Shown piece by piece: positions 53,834 to 64,000 of a DNA stretch of 64,000 nt. The position numbers and the translations under genes are program-made. This DNA is from Eledone cirrhosa (Eukaryota), in assembly GCA_964016885.1 (NCBI GenBank), contig OZ024742.1:174406001-174470000 (forward strand), given 5' to 3'. Each line of letters begins with the position of its first letter. Position 1 is the first letter of the stretch. The notes beneath the pieces are model-generated. The model was not told the DNA's origin and did no database searches. It was given only the letters and a program-made list of their open reading frames with translations.

Positions 53834-54407
53834 ATATCACAGAAAAAAAGAGAATCAGTGTTGCGACGATGGAATTTATTGGACATATTACAATCGTTTC
53901 TCTGGCGACCAGATCGAGGCAAGATCGATATGGTGATCAATCCTGACTCTGAAAATCGCAAGGTCCTCAGATACGTCATGATTCTATGAAGCAGATTTTC
54001 CTATGTCGTTTTACATCGATATCCTTCGCCTGTCGCTTAGATCCTGTTGTTGTCATTCTATGAGTGGTCAAGAGTTGTATACGTCACCGATATTTCTAGC
54101 CACTCATGGTTGTCCACTATTTGGTTCTTTTCATTCTCCACCTGTCAATTAAATTTGTTTCTTAGATCAGAATTACTACTGTAGTAGAACAACAGGATCT
54201 AAGCCAACAAGCAAAGGATATCGATGTAAAAGGACATAGGAAAATCTGCTTCGTAGAATCAAGACATATCTGAGGACCTTGCGATTTTCAGAGTCAGGTT
54301 CGATTATCACATCGATCATGCCTCAAGCTGGTCACCAGAGAAACAATTGTAATATGTCCAATAAATTCCATTCGTCACAACACTGATTCTCTTTTTTTCT
54401 GTGATAT
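53834..54407. mobile_element. Fold-back element (arms 53834-54051 and 54188-54407) within a TA-flanked block, with a hammerhead in each arm
   Basis: The arms are diverged reverse complements. Hammerhead at 54263-54358 (+) and ~53882-53977 (-). Confidence 0.88.
54263..54358 (+). ncRNA. Type-I hammerhead motif with an unusually long stem II region
   Basis: gacatat|CTGAGGA|~63 nt|GAAA|caattg|TA|atatgtc. It has a 7-bp stem I, a palindromic stem III and a GUA cleavage triplet. Confidence 0.72.
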
Positions 54408-54425
54408 ATATATATGTATATATAT

Positions 54426-54522
<97 letters not shown>

Positions 54523-55094
54523 AGAATAAAATACAATATATAATTATTTTTTAAATTAGACTCCTTCGTTACAGAAGTTTCCACAAATATAAATTTTTAC
54601 CGTAATAAAATAAGTTTTTCTTTAATGAGAGCTGCCTGGGGGCTACTTAAACTTCTCTCTGTCTACAATACCTACACTACCACACTTGTCAGATTCCAAG
54701 CATTAATTATCTTGACATTAATATAGAGAATGTTGGTTCTGTATTCCAATAAATTTGTAAAGGTTTCCGGATTTTCATGAGAATCTACTACTTAATGTTC
54801 TACTTAAGTAGTCTTCAGTGAAAGTCTTCTACTAAGTGTTACGTGTGTTGATGGTGATTAGGTCTGCAGCTTTCTATTATGGTTTGTTTTTAAGTTCCAA
54901 GCCATTTCCTAGAAAGACAATGGAATCTCCTCCACTTGCATCCTTATTACAATATTTTATTTAATGGAAATATAGAAATATATGACAGAGAAAACATGTT
55001 CCTTGTCAAGTTTGATATATTACATTTGAAAACTAACAAAGACTGAAATATTTACCAGTTTGCCTCTCCTTCTAGTTCTAATTAATCAATAATA

Positions 55095-55600
55095 ATAATA
55101 GAAAACCATCAAGTGAAGGTGCTATGGGATTTCAGGATACAGACAGACAAGAAATTAGAACACAATAGTCCTAACCTGGTGGTTTTTGACAAGGAAAAAA
55201 GATTGTGCCTGATTGTAGATGTAGCCTACCCATTTGACACGAGAGTGCCTGAAAAGGAAAAGGAGAAAATTAACCGATATCAGGATTTTAAGTGGGAATT
55301 AAAAAGGATTTGGGACTGTCATGAGATCAAGGTCGTTCCGATTGTCATAGGAGCACTATGTACTATCTCGACGAGTTTTCAAGGATGGTTAAAGAACATT
55401 AGTCCAGCCCCGTTTTTTTGGAACACTTCAAAGGGCATGCTTGCTGGCAACAGCAAGAACCCTCTGATACGTCCTGAATATCTGAAGCTGCAGGTAGCGG
55501 CTTGATGTTCATTTGAACAAACTTTCCAGTTAAATAACATCAATGACTCAGACCTCAATAATAATAATAATAATATTAATAATAAAAATAATAATAATAA
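55095..55600 (+). mobile_element. Dong/R4-type non-LTR retrotransposon 3' fragment (restriction-like endonuclease) with an (AAT)n tail
   Basis: KVLWDFRIQTDKKLEHNSPNLVVFDK..CLIVDVAYPFD...KEKEKINRYQ..KVVPIVIGAL is the RLE (PD..D-type) signature. Flanked by aat repeats on both sides. Confidence 0.88.
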
Positions 55601-55649
55601 TTTTTTTATTGGCCACAAGGGCTGACATGCAGGGGGGACAGTACGTACA

Positions 55650-55683
<34 letters not shown>

Positions 55684-56100
55684 CAACAACAACCACAACA
55701 ATGACAACAATAATAATGTTTACGTTACTAACCACAAGGGTTGACACAAAGTATAACATTAAGAACAGCACAGGAAACTACAGGACGGTACAAATGGTTC
55801 ATTTCTGCGTGTAAAAAGTAAAAACAGGATGTAACAAAACAGAAACAAGGAGAAATTCCCCATAATAGTGTGTGGGGGGGGGGGGGAGACTTCTGAGGGT
55901 CACTCGTGGAGAAAGCCTTTAAAAAAAGCCTTGGTCATCCTGACCGCTAGGGCAAACACCCTCTTCCAGTTTTCCTCCTATGATACTACATGTACATATT
56001 CAGGGCAGGACCATTCACATGGGGCATTCTTGTCTCTCTCACCCACCTCTCAACTGGCTGGAAGGCAGCACTTGACTCTCCAGACAAAGCCTGAAAAAGT
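55585..56100 (-). mobile_element. Two stacked Tx1-family 3' ends
   Basis: ccacaagggctgaca (55613) and ccacaagggttgacacaaagtataacattaagaacagcaca (55732) are reverse complements of the Tx1 3' UTR at 26170-26216. 55960-56100 matches the end of ORF2. Confidence 0.8.
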
Positions 56101-56567
56101 TAATAATTGTTTCTACTTTTGGCACAAGGCCAGCAATTCACCAGTGTATTACTGGTACTTTATTTTATCGATCCCATAAGGATGAAAGGCAAAGTTAACC
56201 TCGGTGGGATTTGAACTCAGAATGGCAAGGGCCGTAACTCTATGCGTCAAAGCATGGTGTCCGACCCTCTACTGATACTACAATAATTGTTTCTACTTTT
56301 GGCACAAGGCCAGCAATACTGCAATAATGAATTGTATTAATAACCATAATGATATTGATAGAAATATTAATGTTAATAATTGTTTCTACTTTAGGCACAA
56401 GGCCAGCAATTACCCAGTGCATTACTGGTACTTTATTTTATCGACCCCGTAAGGATGAAAGGCAAAGTCAACCGCGGCGGGATTTGAACTCAGATCGTAA
56501 AGGGACGTAACTATGCTGGAAAGCATGGCGTCTGACCATCTACTGATACTGCCAATCCACCGCCTTA
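56101..56567 (-). mobile_element. Cluster of (ATT)-tailed SINEs (56101-56280, a tail fragment, and 56372-56567)
   Basis: Reverse complements of the 22846-23040 SINE. Confidence 0.88.
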
Positions 56568-57743
56568 TATTAATGTTAATAATAATATTCAGACACTTAT
56601 TTAAATGAAATAAATGTTATGCCTTTCAATGAGTTTCTGTGTGTGTCATGTGTTTTCTTATATAGTTGGATTACTTGACATCCCAATATTTGACCTGGCA
56701 TTTGTAGCAGTAAATAGCATTTTATGTTATTTTTCAGCCATTTACTTACTTCTATCTGTACAGGGCCAAAGCAAATGACAGAAACTTTACAAAGTCAAAC
56801 AAGCTTTATTTTGGGCCAGGGGAAGAGGGTCAGTTCATCTAAAGAGTCAGGGCTGAGGAGTGCTGGTATATTGGTTGAACCACTGTCCTATGAGTTCTAA
56901 ATGACCCTTAATCTGATGTAAATGAGACAGCTTCTGCCACAATGTGTTGACAAACCTGTACTGTGAACATGCGATAACATTGGCAACATGATAAAATGCA
57001 CCCATTACACTCTGCATTGTAGTAGGTGATCACATTGTGACGTTATATGGGAAAGAAGTTGTGCATATGACAAACTCTCTAGTGCTGGTGATATGATAAC
57101 ATTCACTCAGTTCACTCTGTCAAGTGGTATTACTGGTGCCATGATAAACAAAAAACACAGTCCGCCATGCAGTGTGGTTGTTATTACGAAAGGCATCCTC
57201 CCAGAGAAACCATGACAAATATGGAACATAAAAAGGAAGATGAAGTCCCTCCAATCGTTTAGTCTTGGATCATAGCTATCAATCCAATCCATGCTGACAC
57301 AGGCGCCGTACATAAACTGATGATGATGATAGAAAATGTTGATATCAAAATTAAATGCACCCAGTACAGACTGTAAAAGTTTGGGTATTAGGAAGGCATC
57401 CAGACATAGAAATCCTACCCATTGTAGCAGATAAAAATCAAGAAGTAGTTCCCAGATTAGTCTAGTTTTTTTATCATGACAACGTTTCCAAACCAGCAAA
57501 CCAAGCCAGACTGATAAGCAGACATGAAATGGTAATCTGGTTGTTGTTTAACATATACTGGTATATTTTTTACAGATTCTAAACATTATCTGCTGGCAGA
57601 TCTCTATACATAGTGTAGAGGGATAATTCATGCTATTTTATATCAATAAATGCAGTCATTTGTAATACAAGGTTTTTTGACCGATGAACTGCCACTCAGC
57701 AAATCTTGTAATATTTATTACAGCCTTTATTCATATAAAATAA

Positions 57744-57774
<31 letters not shown>

Positions 57775-58012
57775 CTCTCTCTCTCTCTCTCACTATATAT
57801 ATATATATATATATATATTATGTAATTTATTAAACTTAAGCCAGGGGAACTGTATGAGTAAAACTGACTTATTTTAGTTAGTCTAGCTTATATCCCACCA
57901 AAGAGAGATTTAAGCTTAAGTTTAATATATTTTATTTCTTCTCAAAGTAGATAATTTATTGATATATATTATCTTTTTATTGAGATGTCTAAGTATTAAA
58001 GATAGTTAACTT

Positions 58013-58047
<35 letters not shown>

Positions 58048-58716
58048 GAGAGAGAGAGATGGAGGCACATGGCTTAGTAGTTCGAGCATTGGCCTTGCAA
58101 TCGAAGGGTTGTGAGTTCAATTCTCAGACCGGGTGTTGTGTTGTTTCCTTGAGCAAGACACTTTATTTCACATTGCTCCAGTTTACTCAGCTGTAGAAAT
58201 GAGATGATAGGGAAAAGCGGACGTAAAATGATGATGATGATGACATCTAGGCGTGTGTGAAAAATAATAATAGCATTATCATCACCGATTGGCATCCATT
58301 GTCCATGCTAGCACGTTTTTTTCTTCTTTTTATATATATGTGGAAATTTACAGTATACAATCAGAAGAAATTATTTCATACAAAATAAATTAAATATATA
58401 TATATAAATATTTTTTTTTAATTGCAGGAATAATGATGGTTAACAAATTTGATTTTGTACTGACTGGTTCCAGCTATGGGTAGCTTTTCAAAGATTCATT
58501 TTCAAGATTATATTTGTTCTTGTAACAGATATTTCTTAGCATGTACCGTTATGTGCTGTTTACATTTTACGATTTGGGATGGTAACAAAAAGAGTAAAGT
58601 TGGTAGCACTTACCATTAATGAAAAACTTATAAATATGACATGAGGGTAATTTGGCTGCTATTTTTATCAGGTTGAATAAACACATACAAACTTCCTTAT
58701 TGTTCACCCTGCTGCT

Positions 58717-58787
<71 letters not shown>

Positions 58788-58996
58788 GGGGTAGAGTTTG
58801 GTGGTGGTGTTGCTTGATTTAAAGACCTAACCTGGGGCAAAACAGCAACAACAAATTTGCTTCATATTTACTTAGTTTTTGGAATCATTCCAAAGAATAA
58901 GAATTAGTTGAATATATCTGTTAAGTAATAAATGAGAATGTATCTATAGACAGACAATAAAGTGAAATAAAACAACCCGACACTTTCATTTAAATA

Positions 58997-59111
<115 letters not shown>

Positions 59112-59659
59112 TGCCATGAAGGAAAATATACAGAAAATATAAATGATGTGAATGTATGTAATCTTTGAAAATACCTGCTAAATAATTAATGATTAGATGT
59201 CAAATCATTATATATTAGAATGTCATTGTTGATTTATTAATTCCAATTAATGATGACTGAGACAATAAAATTATAGCCTGATTGCTAATTAGTCTAAATA
59301 TAATTATATTTTACTGTGTAAAATTGGTGGGGCTGGTTTCATGATAAAATGTATCCAGTACAGTCGGTAATGTGACAGTGTTGGAGACATGATAAAATAC
59401 ACCCAGTATACTCTGTAATTTGGTACTGCTAATGCCATGATAAAATACACCAATGACACCCAGTATACTATGTAAAGTAATAGTATTTCTGCTGCATTAA
59501 AAGGCAGTCAATACATTTCGTAAATTGCTAGTGTCAGTGACCTGATAAAATGTTCCCTTTAAAGTGTGTAAATGGGTAGTGGTAGTTACAGCCTTTATGT
59601 TCTAAGAAAGCCAATGATAATATCCTAAGCCTGGCGGGCATGGAAAGATCTCTTGCGTG

Positions 59660-59925
59660 TACAATTAGAAAAAAATCTACTGGAATTCTTTGGCCACATA
59701 AACAGAAGAGATGGTTTTGGCAGAAGCTGTTTCTTTTGGCAAGATCACTGGGAAGAGGAGACAAGGAAGACAAAGAACAGCATTTACAGACAACTTGAAC
59801 AAAGCATGTCAATGAAAATAAGGTGAGAAAGAATGATCTCATCCAGAATGCTGACAATAGTAAGAACTGGAGAGCCATGATCGCTGATGTCTGGAACAGA
59901 CCTGGCACATGATGGTGATGATGAT
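59660..59925 (+). mobile_element. RTE/BovB-like LINE 3' remnant with a gat tail
   Basis: Frameshifted LEFFGHINRRDG..GKITGKRRQGRQRTAFTDNL..DLIQNADNSKNWRAMIADV, then tgatggtgatgatga. Confidence 0.7.
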
Positions 59926-59984
59926 ATTCTAAGTTTAAATCTCACTGTGGTCTACAATACCATTCATCCTTCCAGGATTGATAG

Positions 59985-62900
59985 AATAAAGTACCAGTTA
60001 GATACTATACTATGAGTTCATTTAATCTAGTGTCTCCTTCCTTAAAATGAAGTACCAGTCAAGTACTGGGAGTTAATTTAATCAACCGTCTCCTTCCTTA
60101 AAATAAAGTACCAGTCAACTACTGGGAGTTAATTTAATTAACTGTCTTCTTCCCTAAAATAAAGTACCAGTCAAGTACTTGGAGTTAATTTAATTAACTG
60201 TCTCCTTCCCTAAAATAAAGTACCAGTCAACTACTGGGAGTTAATTTAATTAACTGTCTTCTTCCCTAAAATAAAGTACCAGTCAAGTACTTGGAGTTAA
60301 TTTAATTAACTGTCTCCTTCCCTAAAATAAAGTACCAGTCAACTACTGGGAGTTAATTTAATTAACTGTCTTCTTCCCTAAAATAAAGTACCAGTCAAGT
60401 ACTTGGAGTTAATTTAATTAACTGTCTCCTTCCCTAAAATAAAGTACCAGTCAACTACTGGGAGTTAATTTAATTAACTGTCTCCTTCCCTAAAATAAAG
60501 TACCAGTCAAGTACTGGAGTTAATTTAATCAACTGTCTCCTTCCCTAAAATAAAGTACCAGTCAACTGCTGGGAGTTAATTTAATCTACTGTCTCCTTCC
60601 TTAAAATAAAGTACCAGTCAAGTACTGGGAGTTCATTTAATCAACTGTCTCCTTCCCTAAATTAAAGTACCAGTCAAGTACTGGGAGTTAATTTAATTAA
60701 CTGTCTCCTTCCCTAAATTAAAGTACCAGTCAAGTACTGGGAGTTAATTTAATTAACTGTCTCCTTCCCTAAAATAAAGTACCAGTCAAGTACTGGGAGT
60801 TCATTTAATGTACTGTCTCCTTCCCTAAAATAAAGTACCAGTCAAGTACTGGGAGTTAATTTAATACTGTCTCCTTCCTTAAAATAAAGTACAAGACAAG
60901 TACTGGGAGTTAATTTAATCTACTTTCTCCTTCCTTAAAATGAAGTACCAGTCAAATACTGGGAGTTAATTTAATCTACTGTCTCCTTCCCTAAAATGAA
61001 GTACCAGTCAAGTACTGGGAGTTAATTTAATCTACTGTCTCCTTCCCTAAAATGAAATACCAGTCAAGTACTGGGAGTTAATTTAATCTACTGTCTCCTT
61101 CCCTAAAATGAAGTACCAGTCAAGTACTGGGAGTTAATTTAATCTACTGTCTCCTTCCCTAAAATGAAATACCAGTCAAGTACTGGGAGTTAATTTAATC
61201 AACTGTCTCCTTCCTTAAATTAAAGTACCAGTCAAGTACTGGGAGTTAATTTAATCAACTGTCTCCTTCCTTAAAATAAAGTACCAGTCAAGTACTGGGA
61301 GTTAATTTAATCAACTGTCTCTTTCCATAGAATAAAGTACCAGTCAAGTACTGGGAGTTAATTTAATCTACTGTCTCCTTCCTTAAAATAAAGTACCAGT
61401 CAAGTACTGGGAGTTAATTTAATCAACTGTCTCCTTCCTTAAAATAAAGTACCAGTCAAATACTGGGAGTTAATTTAATCTACTGTCTCCTTCCTTAAAA
61501 TGAAGTACCAGTCAAGTACTGGGAGTTAATTTAATCTACTGTCTCCTTCCCTAAAATGAAGTACTAGTCAAGTACTGGGAGTTAATTTAATCTACTGTCT
61601 CCTTCCCTAAAATAAAGTACCAGTCAACTACTGGGAGTTAATTTAATCTACTGTCTCCTTCCCTAAAATAAAGTACCAGTCAAGTACTGGGAGTTAATTT
61701 AATCTACTGTCTCCTTCCTTAAAATGAAGTACCAGTCAAGTACTGGGAGTTAATTTAATCAACCGTCTCCTTCCTTAAAATGAAGTACCAGTCAACTACT
61801 GGGAGTTAATTTAATTAACTGTCTTCTTCCCTAAAATAAAGTACCAGTCAAGTACTTGGAGTTAATTTAATTAACTGTCTCCTTCCCTAAAATAAAGTAC
61901 CAGTCAACTACTGGGAGTTAATTTAATTAACTGTCTTCTTCCCTAAAATAAAGTACCAGTCAAGTACTTGGAGTTAATTTAATTAACTGTCTCCTTCCCT
62001 AAAATAAAGTACAAGTCAACTACTGGGAGTTAATTTAATTAACTGTCTCCTTCCCTAAAATAAAGTACCAGTCAAGTACTGGAGTTAATTTAATCAACTG
62101 TCTCCTTCCCTAAAATAATGTACCAGTCAACTGCTGGGAGTTAATTTAATCTACTGTCTCCTTCCTTAAAATAAAGTACCAGTCAAGTACTGGGAGTTCA
62201 TTTAATCAACTGTCTCCTTCCCTAAATTAAAGTACCAGTCAAGTACTGGGAGTTAATTTAATTAACTGTCTCCTTCCCTAAATTAAAGTACCAGTCAAGT
62301 ACTGGGAGTTAATTTAATTAACTGTCTCCTTCCCTAAAATAAAGTACCAGTCAAGTACTGGGAGTTCATTTAATGTACTGTCTCCTTCCCTAAAATAAAG
62401 TACCAGTCAAGTACTGGGAGTTAATTTAATACTGTCTCCTTCCTTAAAATAAAGTACTAGTCAAGTACTGGGAGTTAATTTAATCTACTTTCTCCTTCCT
62501 TAAAATGAAGTACCAGTCAAATACTGGGAGTTAATTTAATCTACTGTCTCCTTCCCTAAAATGAAGTACCAGTCAAGTACTGGGAGTTAATTTAATCTAC
62601 TGTCTCCTTCCCTAAAATGAAATACCAGTCAAGTACTGGGAGTTAATTTAATCTACTGTCTCCTACCCTAAAATGAAGTACCAGTCAAGTACTGGGAGTT
62701 AATTTAATCTACTGTCTCCTTCCCTAAAATGAAATACCAGTCAAGTACTGGGAGTTAATTTAATCAACTGTCTCCTTCCTTAAATTAAAGTACCAGTCAA
62801 GTACTGGGAGTTAATTTAATCAACTGTCTCCTTCCTTAAAATAAAGTACCAGTCAAGTACTGGGAGTTAATTTAATCAACTGTCTCTTTCCATAGAATAA

Positions 62901-64000
62901 AGTACCAGTCAAGTACTGGGAGTTAATTTAATCTACTGTCTCCTTCCTTAAAATAAAGTACCAGTCAAGTACTGGGAGTTAATTTAATCAACTGTCTCCT
63001 TCCTTAAAATAAAGTACCAGTCAAATACTGGGAGTTAATTTAATCTACTGTCTCCTTCCTTAAAATGAAGTACCAGTCAAGTACTGGGAGTTAATTTAAT
63101 CTACTGTCTCCTTCCCTAAAATGAAGTACTAGTCAAGTACTGGGAGTTAATTTAATCTACTGTCTCCTTCCCTAAAATAAAGTACCAGTCAACTACTGGG
63201 AGTTAATTTAATCTACTGTCTCCTTCCCTAAAATAAAGTACCAGTCAAGTACTGGGAGTTAATTTAATCTACTGTCTCCTTCCTTAAAATGAAGTACCAG
63301 TCAAGTACTGGGAGTTAATTTAATCAACCGTCTCCTTCCTTAAAATGAAGTACCAGTCAACTACTGGGAGTTAATTTAATTAACTGTCTTCTTCCCTAAA
63401 ATAAAGTACCAGTCAAGTACTTGGAGTTAATTTAATTAACTGTCTCCTTCCCTAAAATAAAGTACCAGTCAACTACTGGGAGTTAATTTAATTAACTGTC
63501 TTCTTCCCTAAAATAAAGTACCAGTCAAGTACTTGGAGTTAATTTAATTAACTGTCTCCTTCCCTAAAATAAAGTACAAGTCAACTACTGGGAGTTAATT
63601 TAATTAACTGTCTCCTTCCCTAAAATAAAGTACCAGTCAAGTACTGGAGTTAATTTAATCAACTGTCTCCTTCCCTAAAATAAAGTACCAGTCAACTGCT
63701 GGGAGTTAATTTAATCTACTGTCTCCTTCCTTAAAATAAAGTACCAGTCAAGTACTGGGAGTTCATTTAATCAACTGTCTCCTTCCCTAAATTAAAGTAC
63801 CAGTCAAGTACTGGGAGTTAATTTAATTAACTGTCTCCTTCCCTAAATTAAAGTACCAGTCAAGTACTGGGAGTTAATTTAATTAACTGTCTCCTTCCCT
63901 AAAATAAAGTACCAGTCAAGTACTGGGAGTTCATTTAATGTACTGTCTCCTTCCCTAAAATAAAGTACCAGTCAAGTACTGGGAGTTAATTTAATACTGT
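59985..64000 (+). repeat. SINE-derived 56-bp satellite with a 1565-bp higher-order repeat; runs off the window end
   Basis: Monomer taaaataaagtaccagtcaagtactgggagttaatttaatcaactgtctccttccc (56 nt). Diagnostic variants recur every 1565 bp. Confidence 0.97.

Noticed and set aside
58428-58480. Possible short plus-strand exon after a strong polypyrimidine-cag
   Set aside because: The donor is weak, there is no recognisable homology, and it cannot be supported from sequence alone.
59985-64000. CRISPR-like array (short palindromic direct repeats)
   Set aside because: There are no unique spacers and no cas genes. The monomers are contiguous and SINE-derived in a eukaryotic context.

Overview
AT-rich, microsatellite-dense eukaryotic DNA with no host protein-coding gene that I can support. 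The repeat landscape suggests an octopus or other coleoid cephalopod (inference). Almost all ORFs in the track are microsatellite read-throughs or retroelement fragments. Four things dominate. (1) Penelope-like element (PLE) remnants sit between (TA)n tracts. Many are fold-back palindromes carrying minimal type-I hammerhead ribozyme motifs (CUGAnGA...GAAA-palindromic stem III-UH), intact or rearranged at the ribozyme. (2) A ~15-kb head-to-tail stack of three Tx1/L1-clade LINEs lies at 23.1-38.0 kb, each starting in the (ATT)n tail of the preceding element. They carry three divergent 5'UTR+ORF1 modules, while copies 2 and 3 have closely similar ORF2s that share the same two in-frame TAG stops. 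(3) A tRNA-derived (ATT)n-tailed SINE has a 3' end resembling the Tx1 3' end, and its core has been amplified into a 56-bp satellite with a 1565-bp (28-mer) higher-order repeat from ~60 kb to the window end. (4) There are decayed RTE LINEs with a PHD-type finger inside the RT, CR1 and Dong/R4 fragments, and a hAT MITE with an 8-bp TSD. All alignments and folds were done by eye, and coordinates of degenerate elements are approximate.
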